Position numbers and translations under genes: made by a program. This document shows positions 44,856 to 60,660 of a stretch of DNA of 64,000 nucleotides, one piece after another. This stretch comes from the human T2T-CHM13v2.0 reference genome, Homo sapiens: assembly GCF_009914755.1 (NCBI RefSeq), contig NC_060940.1, one strand, 5' to 3'. The stretch's first letter is position 1. Each line of letters starts with the position of its first letter. The notes under the pieces are model-generated. The model did no database searches and was not told where the DNA came from. It saw only the letters and a list, made by a program, of their open reading frames with translations.

Positions 44856-47800
44856 TGATTGGATTCGATTCCATTTGATGATTTCATTTGATTCCTTTCG
44901 TTAATGATTTCGATCAATTCCATTCGATGATTCCATTCGATTCCATTCGATAATGATTACATCCGAGTCCATTCGATGATTCCATTTGAGCCTGTTCGAT
45001 AATTCCATTTGAGTCCAACCAATGATTCCATTCATTTCCATTCAATGATTCCATTCGAGTCCATTTGATCATTCCGGTAGGGTCCATTCGATGTTGATTC
45101 CATTGGAGTGCATTCGATGATTCCATTCGAGTCCATTTTAGGATTTGATTCGAGTCCTTTCGATGATTCCATTCGATTCCACTCGATGATGATTTCATTC
45201 GAGTCCATTCGACACTTCCAATCGATTCCATTTGATGATTCCATTCGAGTCCAATTGATGATTCCATTCAATTCCATTCGATGATGATTCCGTACGATTC
45301 CATTCTGTGATGATTCCATGTGATTGCATTCAATGATGATTCCTTTCGATTGCATTCGATTATGATTCATTTCGTGTTCATTCTATGGTTCCACAGGTTT
45401 CCATTCGTGTCCATTCCATTATTACATTCTATTCCATTTGATGATGATTCCATTCGATTCCATTCATTGGTGATTCCACTCAATTCCATTCAATGATTCC
45501 ATTCCATTTCTTTCAACAATGATTCCATTAGTTTCTAATCGATGATCCACTTGATTCCATTTGACGACGATTCCATTCTTGTCCATTCGATGATTCCATT
45601 TGATTCCATATGATGATGATTCCATTCGATTCCATACCATGATGATTCCATTCGAGTCCATTCAATGGTGATTCCATTCAATTCCATTCGATGATTCCTT
45701 TCGATTCCATTCGATGATGATGGCATTCGATTCCTTTCAATCATTCCCTTTGATTCCATTCAAAGGTGATTTCATTCAAGTCCATTCGATAATTGCATTC
45801 GATTCCATTCTATGATGATTCCATTCGAGTCCATTTGATGATTCCATTCAATTCAAGTCAATGATGATTCCATTCGATTCCATTCGATGATTCCATTGGA
45901 TTCCATTCGATGATGATTCCATTCAAATCCATTCGATAATTCAATTCAAGTCCATTCGATGATGATTCCAATCGAATCCATTCAAAGATTCCATTCAGTT
46001 CCATTCGATGATTCCCTTAGATTCCATTCGATGATTCCACTTGATTGCATTTACGATGATTCCATTCGATTCCATGTGATGATTCCATTCAATTCTATTC
46101 AATGATGTCTCCATTTGATTCCATTCGACCATGATTGCCTTTGATTCCATTCAATGATTCCATTCGGTTCCGTTTGATGATGATTCCGTTCGATTCCATT
46201 TGATGATTCCATTTGATTCCATTGGATGAGTCCATTCGATTACATTCGATGATTATTCCATTCGAGTGCATTAGATGATTCCATTCGAGTCCATTCGATG
46301 ATTCCATTCGATTCCATTCGATGTTGATTCTGTTCAAATCCATTCGATGATTCCACTCGATTCCATTCGTTGACTCCATTTGATCCCATTCGATGATTTC
46401 CTTTGATTCCCTTTGATGATCATTCCATTTGATTCAATTCGGTGATTTCATTTGATTCCATTCAGTGATGTTTCCATTCGACTCCATTCGATGATGATTC
46501 CATTCGACTCCATTCGATTATGATTTCATTCAATTCCATTCGATAATGATTCCCTTCGAGTCCATTCGATGATTCCATTCGATTCCATTCAACGATGATT
46601 TGATTCGTGTCCATTCGATGATTCCATTTGATTCCACTTGATGATGATTCCATTCGAGCCCATTTGATGATTCCATTCAATTCCATACTCCGATGATTTC
46701 TTTTGAGCCCACTCAATGCTTCCACTCGATTCCATATGATGATGACTCCATTCGATGAAATTCGATGATGATTCCATTCGCTTGCTTTCGATGATTCCAC
46801 TTGAGTCCGTTAGAAGATTCTATTCAATTACATTCCAGGACGATTCCGTTCGAGTCCATTTGATGATTCCATTAGACTCCATTCGACGATGATTCCATTC
46901 GATGTTATTCGATGATTCCATTCGATCTCATTCGATGATGATTCCATTCAACTCCATTCGATGTTTCCATTCGAGTTCATTCTATTATTCCATTAGATTC
47001 CATTCGATGATGATTCCATTCGATTCCATTTGATGATTGCATTCTATTTCATTTGATGATGATTCCATTCGAGTCCACTCGATGATTCCATTCGAGTCCA
47101 TTTAATGAATCCATTGGTTTCAATTCTATGATGATTACATTGGATTCCATTCGTTGATGATTTCATTCGGTTCCATTCAATGATGATTCCATTCAATTCC
47201 TTTCAATGTTTCCATTCAATTCCATACGATGATGATTCCATTTGATTTGATTCGACAGTGAGCCATTCGATTCAATTCCATGATGATTCTATTTGATTCA
47301 ATTGGTTGACATTTCCATTCGATTCCATTCGATGATGTTTCCCTTTGATTCCGTTCCAAGATGATTCCATTCTAGCCCATTCAATCATTCCATTCGATTC
47401 TATTCAATGATGATTCCATTCATGTCGATTTGGTGATTCCATTTGACTTCATTTGATGATGATTCCTTTCAAGTTCATTAGATGATTCCATTCGATTCCA
47501 TTTGATGATGATCCCATTCGAGTCCATTCAGTGATTCCATTCGTTTCCATTCCATGATGATTCCATTCCTTTCCATTCAATGATTCCATTCGATTCCGTT
47601 TGATGATGATTTCATTCGAGTCCATTTGATGATTCCATTTGATTCCATTCGATAATGATTCCATTCGAGTCCATTCGATGATTCTATTCGAATCCATTTG
47701 ATGATTTCTTTTGATTATATTTGGTGATGATTCCATTGGAGTCCATTCAATGATTCCATTCTATTCCAATCGATGATGATTCCATTAGAGTCCATTTAAT

Positions 47801-48439
47801 GATTCCATTTGATTCCAGTCTCTGATGATTACATTCGAGTCCATACGATGATTCCACTCAATTCCATATGATGATGATTCCATTTGATTCCATTCGGTGA
47901 TTCCATTCTATTCTATTCAATGGTGATTCCATTCGAGTACATTAGATGATTCCATTCGATTCCATTCAATGATGATTCTATTTGTGTCCCTTAGATGATT
48001 CCACATGATTCCATTAGATGATGATACTATTTGAGCCCATCCAATGATTCCCTTCGATTCCATTCGATGAGTATTCCATTCGATTCAATTCATTGGTGAT
48101 TCTATTCAATTCAATTCTTTGATTCCATTCCATTCCATTCGACAATGATTCCATTCGATTTCTTTCGATGATTCCACTCGATTCCACTTGACATTGATTC
48201 CATTCGATTCCATTCAATGATTCCATTTGATTCCAGTGGATGATGATTGCCATCGATTCCATTCGATCACTCCATTCTATTCCATTTGATGATGATTACA
48301 TTCGATTCCATTTGATGATTCCATCTGATTCTATTCGAGGATTCCATTTGATTCCATTCGATGATGATTCCATTCGAATCCGTTTGATGATTCCATTCTA
48401 TTCTATTCGATGATGATTCCATTCGATTCCATTCGATGA
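44856..48439 (+). repeat. Unit U10: short, 3584 bp (counterpart of U4)
   Basis: ORF ends at 44914 and 48498; same 2525-bp junction at ~48381. Confidence 0.93.
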
Positions 48440-51400
48440 TGATTGGATTCGATTCCATTTGATGATTTCATTTGATTCCATTCGTTAATGATTTCGATCA
48501 ATTCCATTCGATGATTCCATTCGATTCCATTCGATAATGATTACATCCGAGTCCATTCGATGATTCCCTTTGAGCCTGTTCGATAATTCCATTTGAGTCC
48601 AACCAATGATTCCATTCATTTCCATTCAATGATTCCATTCGAGTCCATTTGATCATTCCGGTAGGGTCCATTCGATGTTGATTCCATTGGAGTGCATTCG
48701 ATGATTCCATTCGAGTCCATTTTAGGATTTGATTCGAGTCCTTTCGATGATTCCATTCGATTCCACTCGATGATGATTTCATTCGAGTCCATTCGACACT
48801 TCCAATCGATTCCATTTGATGATTCCATTCGAGTCCAATTGATGATTCCATTCAATTCCATTCGATGATGATTCCGTACGATTCCATTCTGTGATGATTC
48901 CATGTGATTGCATTCAATGATGATTCCTTTCTATTGCATTCGATTGTGATTCATTTCGTGTTCATTCTATGGTTCCACAGGTTTCCATTCGTGTCCATTC
49001 CATTATTCCATTCTATTCCATTTGATGATGATTCCATTCGATTCCATTCATTGGTGATTCCACTCAATTCCATTCAATGATTCCATTCCATTTCTTTCAA
49101 CAATGATTCCATTACTTTCTAATCGATGATCCACTTGATTCCATTTGACGACGATTCCATTCTTGTCCATTCTATGATTCCATTTGATTCCATATGATGA
49201 TGATTCCATTCGATTCCATACCATGATGATTCCATTCGAGTCCATTCAATGGTGATTCCATTCAATTCCATTCGATGATTCCTTTCGATTCCATTCGATG
49301 ATGATGGCATTCGATTCCTTTCAATCATTCCCTTTGATTCCATTCAAAGGTGATTTCATTCAAGTCCATTCGATAATTGCATTCGATTCCATTCTATGAT
49401 GATTCCATTCGAGTCCATTTGATGATTCCATTCAATTCAAGTCAATGATGATTCCATTCGATTCCATTCGATGATTCCATTGGATTCCATTCGATGATGA
49501 TTCCATTCAAATCCATTCGATAATTCAATTCAAGTCCATTCGATGATGATTCCAATCGAATCCATTCAAAGATTCCATTCAGTTCCATTCGATGATTCCC
49601 TTAGATTCCATTCGATGATTCCACTTGATTGCATTTACGATGATTCCATTCGATTCCATGTGATGATTCCATTCAATTCTATTCAATGATGTCTCCATTT
49701 GATTCCATTCGACCATGATTGCCTTTGATTCCATTCAATGATTCCATTCGGTTCCGTTTGATGATGATTCCGTTCGATTCCATTTGATGATTCCATTTGA
49801 TTCCATTGGATGAGTCCATTCGATTACATTCGATGATTATTCCATTCGAGTGCATTAGATGATTCCATTCGAGTCCATTCGATGATTCCATTCGATTCCA
49901 TTCGATGTTGATTCTGTTCAAATCCATTCGATGATTCCACTCGATTCCATTCGTTGACTCCATTTGATCCCATTCGATGATTTCCTTTGATTCCCTTTGA
50001 TGATCATTCCATTTGATTCAATTCGGTGATTTCATTTGATTCCATTCAGTGATGTTTCCATTCGACTCCATTCGATGATGATTCCATTCGACTCCATTCG
50101 ATTATGATTTCATTCAATTCCATTCGATAATGATTCCCTTCGAGTCCATTCGATGATTCCATTCGATTCCATTCAACGATGATTTGATTCGTGTCCATTC
50201 GATGATTCCATTTGATTCCACTTGATGATGATTCCATTCGAGTCCATTTGATGATTCCATTCAATTCCATACTCCGATGATTTCTTTTGAGCCCACTCAA
50301 TGCTTCCACTCGATTCCATATGATGATGACTCCATTCGATGAAATTCGATGATGATTCCATTCGCTTGCTTTCGATGATGATTCCACTTGAGTCCGTTAG
50401 AAGATTCTATTCAATTACATTCCATGACGATTCCGTTCGAGTCCATTTGATGATTCCATTAGACTCCATTCGACGATGATTCCATTCGATGTTATTCGAT
50501 GATTCCATTCGATCTCATTCGATGATGATTCCATTCAACTCCATTCGATGTTTCCATTCGAGTTCATTCTATTATTCCATTAGATTCCATTCGATGATGA
50601 TTCCATTCGATTCCATTTGATGATTGCATTCTATTTCATTTGATGATGATTCCATTCGAGTCCACTCGATGATTCCATTCGAGTCCATTTAATGAATCCA
50701 TTGGTTTCAATTCTATGATGATTACATTGGATTCCATTCGTTGATGATTTCATTCGGTTCCATTCAATGATGATTCCATTCAATTCCTTTCAATGTTTCC
50801 ATTCAATTACATACGATGATGATTCCATTTGATTTGATTCGACAGTGAGCCATTCGATTCAATTCCATGATGATTCTATTTGATTCAATTGGTTGACATT
50901 TCCATTCGATTCCATTCGATGATGATTCCCTTTGATTCCGTTCCAAGATGATTCCATTCTAGCCCATTCAATCATTCCATTCGATTCTATTCAATGATGA
51001 TTCCATTCATGTCGATTTGGTGATTCCATTTGACTTCATTTGATGATGATTCCTTTCAAGTTCATTAGATGATTCCATTCGATTCCATTTGATGATGATC
51101 CCATTCGAGTCCATTCAGTGATTCCATTCGTTTCCATTCCATGATGATTCCATTCCTTTCCATTCAATGATTCCATTCGATTCCGTTTGATGATGATTTC
51201 ATTCGAGTCCATTTGATGATTCCATTTGATTCCATTCGATAATGATTCCATTCGAGTCCATTCGATGATTCTATTCGAATCCATTTGATGATTTCTTTTG
51301 ATTATATTTGGTGATGATTCCATTGGAGTCCATTCAATGATTCCATTCTATTCCAATCGATGATGATTCCATTAGAGTCCATTTAATGATTCCATTTGAT

Positions 51401-54400
51401 TCCAGTCTCTGATGATTACATTCGAGTCCATACGATGATTCCACTCAATTCCATATGATGATGATTCCATTTGATTCCATTCGGTGATTCCATTCTATTC
51501 TATTCAATGGTGATTCCATTCGAGTACATTAGATGATTCCATTCGATTCCATTCAATGATGATTCTATTTGTGTCCCTTAGATGATTCCACATGATTCCA
51601 TTAGATGATGATACTATTTGAGCCCATCCAATGATTCCCTTCGATTCCATTCGATGAGGATTCCATTCGATTCAATTCATTGGTGATTCTATTCAATTCA
51701 ATTCTTTGATTCCATTCCATTCCATTCGACAATGATTCCATTCGATTTCTTTTGATGATTCCACTCGATTCCACTTGACATTGATTCCATTCGATTCCAT
51801 TCAATGATTCCATTTGATTCCAGTGGATGATGATTGCCATCGATTCCATTCGATCACTCCATTCTATTCCATTTGATGATGATTACATTCGATTCCATTT
51901 GATGATTCCATCTGATTCTATTCGAGGATTCCATTTGATTCCATTCGATGATGATTCCATTCGAGTCCACTCGATGATTTCATTCGAGTACATCCAATGA
52001 TTCCATTCGAGTCCATTAGATGATTCCATTTGATTCCATTTGAAAATGATTCTACTAGAGTCCATTCAATGACTCCATTCGAGTCCATTCAACAATTCCA
52101 TTCGACTCCATTCGATGATTCCATTCGATTCCATTTGATGGTTCCATTCGAGTCCATTTAATCATTACAGTCGAGTCCATTTGGTGATTCCACTGGATTT
52201 CTTTTGATAATGATACCATTCAATTACATTTGATGATGATCCCATTCAATTTCATTTGATGATGATTCCATTAGAGTCCATTCGATGATTTCATTCGAGT
52301 CCCTTCATTGATTCCATCCGATTTCATTGGATGATGACTCCATTCGAGTCCATTCGATGATTCCACTCGATTCCATTAGATGACTCCATTGGAGTCCATT
52401 TGATTGTTCCATTCGATTCTATTCGATTCCTTTCGAAGATTATTCCATTTGAGTCCATTCGATGATGATTCCATTCCATTCCATTCGATGATTCCGTTTG
52501 ATTCCATTCGATGATTCCCTTCGATTCCTTTCTTTGATGATTCCATTCCATTCCATTCAATGATTCCATTCGAATCTATTCCATGATGATTCCTTTCGAT
52601 TCCATTCGCTGATGTTTCCGTTCAATTCCATTCGATGATGTTTCCATTCGATTCCATTCATTGAGGATTCCATTTGATTCCATTCAATGATGATTCCATT
52701 CTATTCCATTCAATGATTGCATTCAATTCCATTCAATGATTATCCCATTAGAGTAAACTCAACAATTCCATTCAATACCATTCGATGATGATTCCTTTTG
52801 AGTCCATTCAATGATTTCATTCAAGTCCATTTGATGATTCCTTTCAATTCCATTCTATGATGATTCCATTCGAGTCCATTCGATGATTCCATTCGATTGC
52901 ATTCGATGATTCCATTATATTCCATTCAACGGTGATTCCATTCGAGTCCATTCCATGATTCCATTAGAGTACATTTAATGATTGCTTTGTTTTCAATTCG
53001 AAGATGATTACATTGGATTCCATTCTATGATACCATTCGATTCCATTCAATGATGATTCCACTCAAATCCATTGGATGATTCCATTCGTGTCCATTCGGT
53101 GATTTCATTAGATTCCATTCGAGGATGATTCCATTCGATTCCATTCGACGATTCCATTCAATTCCATTCGATGATGATTCCATTCCAGTCCATATGATCA
53201 TTCCATTTGATTTCATTCGATGATGATTCCACTCGATTCCATTCGATGATTCCATTCTATTCCATTCGATGATGATTCCATTCGAGTCCATTCGATGATT
53301 CCATTCGAGTCCATTTAATGATTCCATTGGGTTCAATTCAATGATGATTACATTGGATTCTGTTCTATGATTCCATTCAATTCCGTTCATTGACAATTTG
53401 ATTCCATTCGATGATGATTCCATTTGAGTTCATTCGATGATTCTATTCGATTCTCTTCGATGGTGATTCAATTCTATTATATTGGATGATTCCATTCGAT
53501 TCCATTTGATGTTGATTCAATTCGATTCTATTCGATGATGATTCCATTGGATTTCACTTGATGATTCTATTCGATTCCATTCAATGATGATTCACTTCTC
53601 GTCCATTGGATGATTCCATTTCATTCCATTCGATGATGATTCCATTGGATTCCATTCGATGATTCCATTTGATTCCATGCGACGGTGAGCAATTCGATTA
53701 AATTCCATGATGATTCTATTTGATTCAATTAGATGATGTTTCCATTCGAATCCATTCCATGATTATTCCATTGGAATCCATTCGGCGATGATTCCATATG
53801 AGTCAATTCAATGATGATTCCATATGGGTCCGTTCGATGATAATTCCATTTGATTTCATTCGATGCTTCTATTCTATTCCAGTCGATGATGATTCCGTTG
53901 GAGTCCATACGATGATTCCATTTGATTTCATTTGATGATGATTCCATTCGATGATGATTACATTGGATTCCATTCTATGATTCCATTCAATTCCATTCGT
54001 TGATGATTCGATTCCATTCAATGATGATTCCATTTGAGTTCATTCGATGATTCTATTCGATTCCGTTCGATGATGATTCAATTCTATTATATTGGATGAT
54101 TCCAGTCGATTCCATTTGATGATTATTCCATTGGAGTCCACTTAGTGAATCCTTTAGATTCTACTCGACGATGATTCCATTCGAGTCCATTCGATGATAC
54201 CATTCAATTCCATTCGTTGATGCTTCCATTCAAGTGCATTCGATGATATCATTCGATTCCATTTGATGATAATTCCATTTGATTCCATGCGATGATTCTA
54301 TTCGATTCCATTCAATGATAATTCCATTCAATTCAGTGATTCCTCTGGACTCCATTTGATGATGATTCCATTCAATGATTCCATTCGATTCTATTCGAAA

Positions 54401-54551
54401 ATGATTCCATTTGAATCCATTTGATGATGATTCCATTAGATTCCATTTGATGATTCCATTCGATTCCATTCGACGATGATTCCATTCGATTCCGTTTGAT
54501 GATTCCATTCTATTCTATTCGATGATGATTCCATTCGATTCCATTCGATGA
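48440..54551 (+). repeat. Unit U11: full-length, 6112 bp (counterpart of U6)
   Basis: ORF ends at 48498 and 54610; shares CCATTACTTTCT and GGATTCTGTT variants with U6. Confidence 0.93.
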
Positions 54552-57500
54552 TGATTGGATTCGATTCCATTTGATGATTTCATTTGATTCCTTTCGTTAA
54601 TGATTTCGATCAATTCCATTCGATGATTCCATTCGATTCCATTCGATAATGATTACATCCGAGTCCATTCGATGATTCCATTTGAGCCTGTTCGATAATT
54701 CCTTTTGAGTCCAACCAATGATTCCATTCATTTCCATTCAATGATTCCATTCGAGTCCATTTGATCATTCCGGTAGGGTCCATTCGATGTTGATTCCATT
54801 GGAGTGCATTCGATGATTCCATTCGAGTCCATTTTAGGATTTGATTCGAGTCCTTTCGATGATTCCATTCGATTCCACTCGATGATGATTTCATTCGAGT
54901 CCATTCGACACTTCCAATCGATTCCATTTGATGTTTCCATTCGAGTCCAATTGATGATTCCATTCAATTCCATTCGATGATGATTCCGTACGATTCCATT
55001 CTGTGATGATTCCATGTGATTGCATTCAATGATGATTCCTTTAGATTGCATTCGATTGTGATTCATTTCGTCTTCATTCTATGGTTCCACAGGTTTCCAT
55101 TCGTGTCCATTCCATTATTACATTCTATTCCATTTGATGATGATTCCATTCGATTCCATTCATTGGTGATTCCACTCAAATCCATTCAATGATTCCATTC
55201 CATTTCTTTCAACAATGATTCCATTAGTTTCTATTCGGTGATCCACTTGATTCCATTTGACGACGATTCCATTCGTGTCCATTCGATGATTCCATTTGAT
55301 TCCATATGATGATGATTCCATTCGATTCCATACCATGATGATTCCATTCGAGTCCATTCAATGGTGATTCCATTCAATTCCATTCGATGATTCCTTTCGA
55401 TTCCATTCGATGATGATGGCATTCGATTCCTTTCAATCATTCCCTTTGATTGCATTCAAAGGTGATTTCATTCAAGTCCATTCGATAATTGCATTCGATT
55501 CCATTCTATGATGATTCCATTCGAGTCCATTTGATGATTCCATTCAATTCAAGTCAATGATGATTCCATTCGATTCCATTCGATGATTCCATTGGATTCC
55601 ATTCGATGATGATTCCATTCAAATCCATTCGATAATTCAATTCAAGTCCATTCGATGATGATTAAAATCGAATCCATTCAAAGATTCCATTCAGTTCCAT
55701 TCGATGATTCCCTTAGATTCCATTCGATGATTCCACTTGATTGCATTTACGATGATTCCATTCGATTCCATGTGATGATTCCATTCAATTCTATTCAATG
55801 ATGTCTCCATTTGATTCCATTCGACCATGATTGCCTTTGATTCCATTCAATGATTCCATTCGGTTCCGTTTGATGATGATTCCGTTCGATTCCATTTGAT
55901 GATTCCATTTGATTCCATTGGATGAGTCCATTCGATTACATTCGATGATTATTCCATTCGAGTGCATTAGATGATTCCATTCGAGTCCATTCGATGATTC
56001 CATTCGATTCCATTCGATGTTGATTCTGTTCAAATCCATTCGATGATTCCACTCGATTCCATTCGTTGACTCCATTTGATCCCATTCGATGATTTCCTTT
56101 GATTCCCTTTGATGATCATTCCATTTGATTCAATTCGGTGATTTCATTTGATTCCATTCAGTGATGTTTCCATTCGACTCCATTCGATGATGATTCCATT
56201 CGACTCCATTCGATTATGATTTCATTCAATTCCATTCGATAATGATTCCCTTCGAGTCCATTCGATGATTCCATTCGATTCCATTCAACGATGATTTGAT
56301 TCGTGTCCATTCGATGATTCCATTTGATTCCACTTGATGATGATTCCATTCGAGCCCATTTGATGATTCCATTCAATTCCATACTCCGATGATTTCTTTT
56401 GAGCCCACTCAATGCTTCCACTCGATTCCATATGATGATGACTCCATTCGATGAAATTCGATGATGATTCCATTCGCTTGCTTTCGATGATTCCACTTGA
56501 GTCCGTTAGAAGATTCTATTCAATTACATTCCATGACGATTCCGTTCGAGTCCATTTGATGATTCCATTAGACTCCATTCGACGATGATTCCATTCGATG
56601 TTATTCGATGATTCCATTCGATCTCATTCGATGATGATTCCATTCAACTCCATTCGATGTTTCCATTCGAGTTCATTCTATTATTCCATTAGATTCCATT
56701 CGATGATGATTCCATTCGATTCCATTTGATGATTGCATTCTATTTCATTTGATGATGATTCCATTCGAGTCCACTCGATGATTCCATTCGAGTCCATTTA
56801 ATGAATCCATTGGTTTCAATTCTATGATGATTACATTGGATTCCATTCGTTGATGATTTCATTCGGTTCCATTCAATGATGATTCCATTCAATTCCTTTC
56901 AATGTTTCCATTCAATTCCATACGATGATGATTCCATTTGATTTGATTCGACAGTGAGCCATTCGATTCAATTCCATGATGATTCTATTTGATTCAATTG
57001 GTTGACATTTCCATTCGATTCCATTCGATGATGATTCCCTTTGATTCCGTTCCAAGATGATTCCATTCTAGCCCATTCAATCATTCCATTCGATTCTATT
57101 CAATGATGATTCCATTCATGTCGATTTGGTGATTCCATTTGACTTCATTTGATGATGATTCCTTTCAAGTTCATTAGATGATTCCATTCGATTCCATTTG
57201 ATGATGATCCCATTCGAGTCCATTCAGTGATTCCATTCGTTTCCATTCCATGATGATTCCATTCCTTTCCATTCAATGATTCCATTCGATTCCGTTTGAT
57301 GATGATTTCATTCGAGTCCATTTGATGATTCCATTTGATTCCATTCGATGATGATTCCATTCGAGTCCATTCGATGATTCTATTCGAATCCATTTGATGA
57401 TTTCTTTTGATTATATTTGGTGATGATTCCATTGGAGTCCATTCAATGATTCCATTCTATTCCAATCGATGATGATTCCATTAGAGTCCATTTAATGATT

Positions 57501-60500
57501 CCATTTGATTCCAGTCTCTGATGATTACATTCGAGTCCATACGATGATTCCACTCAATTCCATATGATGATGATTCCATTTGATTCCATTCGGTGATTCC
57601 ATTCTATTCTATTCAATGGTGATTCCATTCGAGTACATTAGATGATTCCATTCGATTCCATTCAATGATGATTCTATTTGTGTCCCTTAGATGATTCCAC
57701 ATGATTCCATTAGATGATGATACTATTTGAGCCCATCCAATGATTCCCTTCGATTCCATTCGATGAGGATTCCATTCGATTCAATTCATTGGTGATTCTA
57801 TTCAATTCAATTCTTTGATTCCATTCCATTCCATTCGACAATGATTCCATTCGATTTCTTTCGATGATTCCACTCGATTCCACTTGACATTGATTCCATT
57901 CGATTCCATTCAATGATTCCATTTGATTCCAGTGGATGATGATTGCCATCGATTCCATTCGATCACTCCATTCTATTCCATTTGATGATGATTACATTCG
58001 ATTCCATTTGATGATTCCATCTGATTCTATTCGAGGATTCCATTTGATTCCATTCGATGATGATTCCATTCGAGTCCATTCGATGATTTCATTCGAGTAC
58101 ATCCAATGATTCCATTCGAGTCCATTAGATGATTCCATTTGATTCCATTTGAAAATGATTCTACTAGAGTCCATTCAATGACTCCATTCGAGTCCATTCA
58201 ACAATTCCATTCGACTCCATTCGATGATTCCATTCGATTCCATTTGATGGTTCCATTCGAGTCCATTTAATCATTACAGTCGAGTCCATTTGGTGATTCC
58301 ACTGGATTTCTTTTGATAATGATACCATTCAATTACATTTGATGATGATCCCATTCAATTTCATTTGATGATGATTCCATTAGAGTCCATTCGATGATTT
58401 CATTCGAGTCCCTTCATTGATTCCATCCGATTTCATTGGATGATGACTCCATTCGAGTCCATTCGATGATTCCACTCGATTCCATTAGATGATTCCATTG
58501 GAGTCCATTTGATTGTTCCATTCGATTCCATTCGATTCCTTTCGAAGATTATTCCATTTGAGTCCATTCGATGATGATTCCATTCCATTCCATTCGATGA
58601 TTCCGTTTGATTCCATTCGATGATTCCCTTCGATTCCTTTCTTTGATGATTCCATTCCATTCCATTCAATGATTCCATTCGAATCTATTCCATGATGATT
58701 CCTTTCGATTCCATTCGCTGATGTTTCCGTTCAATTCCATTCGATGATTATTCCATTCGATTCCATTCATTGAGGATTCCATTTGATTCCATTCAATGAT
58801 GATTCCATTCTATTCCATTCAATGATTGCATTCAATTCCATTCAATGATTATCCCATTAGAGTAAACTCCACGATTCCATTCAATACCATTCGATGATGA
58901 TTCCTTTTGAGTCCATTCAATGATTTCATTCAAGTCCATTTGATGATTCCTTTCAATTCCATTCTATGATGATTCCATTCGAGTCCATTCGATGATTCCA
59001 TTCGATTGCATTCGATGATTCCATTATATTCCATTCAACGGTGATTCCATTCGAGTCCATTCCATGATTCCATTAGAGTACATTTAATGATTGCCTTGTT
59101 TTCAATTCGAAGATGATTACATTGGATTCCATTCTATGATACCATTCGATTCCATTCAATGATGATTCCACTCAAATCCATTGGATGATTCCATTCGTGT
59201 CCATTCGGTGATTTCATTAGATTCCATTCGAGGATGATTCCATTCGATTCCATTCGATGATTCCATTCAATTCCATTCGATGATGATTCCATTCCAGTCC
59301 ATATGATCATTCCATTTGATTTCATTCGATGATGATTCCATTCGATTCGATTCGACGATTCCATTCTATTCCATTCGATGATGATTCCATTCGAGTCCAT
59401 TCGATCATTCCATTCGAGTCCATTTAATGATTCCATTGGGTTCAATTCAATGATGATTACATTGGATTCCGTTCTATGATTCCATTCAATTCCATTCATT
59501 GACAATTTGATTCCATTCGATGATGATTCCATTTGAGTTCATTCGATGATTCTATTCGATTCTCTTCGATGGTGATTCAATTCTATTATATTGGATGATT
59601 CCATTCGATTCCATTTGATGTTGATTCAATTCGATTCTACTCGATGATGATTCCATTGGATTTCACTTGATGATTCTATTCGATTCCATTCAATGATGAT
59701 TCACTTCTCGTCCATTGGATGATTCCATTTCATTCCATTCGATGATGATTCCATTCGATTCCATTCGATGATTCCATTTGATTCCATGCGACGGTGAGCA
59801 ATTCGATTCAATTCCATGATGATTCTATTTGATTCAATTAGATGATGTTTCCATTCGAATCCATTCCATGATTATTCCATTGGAATCCATTCGGCGATGA
59901 TTCCATATGAGTCAATTCAATGATGATTCCATATGGGTCCGTTCGATGATAATTCCATTTGATTTCATTCGATGCTTCTATTCTATTCCAGTCGATGATG
60001 ATTCCGTTGGAGTCCATACGATGATTCCATTTGATTTCATTTGATGATGATTCCATTCGATGATGATTACATTGGATTCCATTCTATGATTCCATTCAAT
60101 TCCATTCGTTGATGATTCGATTCCATTCAATGATGATTCCATTTGAGTTCATTCGATGATTCTATTCGATTCCGTTCGATGGTGATTCAATTCTATTATA
60201 TTGGATGATTCCACTCGATTCCATTTGATGATTATTCCATTGGAGTCCACTTAGTGAATCCTTTAGATTCTACTCGACGATGATTCCATTCGAGTCCATT
60301 CGATGATACCATTCAATTCCATTCGTTGATGCTTCCATTCAAGTGCATTCGATGATATCATTCGATTCCATTTGATGATAATTCCATTTGATTCCATGCG
60401 ATGATTCTATTCGATTCCATTCAATGATAATTCCATTCAATTCAGTGATTCCTCTGGACTCCATTTGATGATGATTCCATTCAATGATTCCATTCGATTC

Positions 60501-60660
60501 TATTCGAAAATGATTCCATTTGAATCCATTTGATGATGATTCCATTAGATTCCATTTGATGATTCCATTCGATTCCATTCGACGATGATTCCATTCGATT
60601 CCGTTTGATGATTCCATTCTATTCTATTCGATGATGATTCCATTCGATTCCATTCGATGA
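54552..60660 (+). repeat. Unit U12: full-length, 6109 bp (undeleted counterpart of U7)
   Basis: ORF ends at 54610 and 60719; shares GATTAAAATCG and the 3-bp deletion with U7. Confidence 0.93.
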
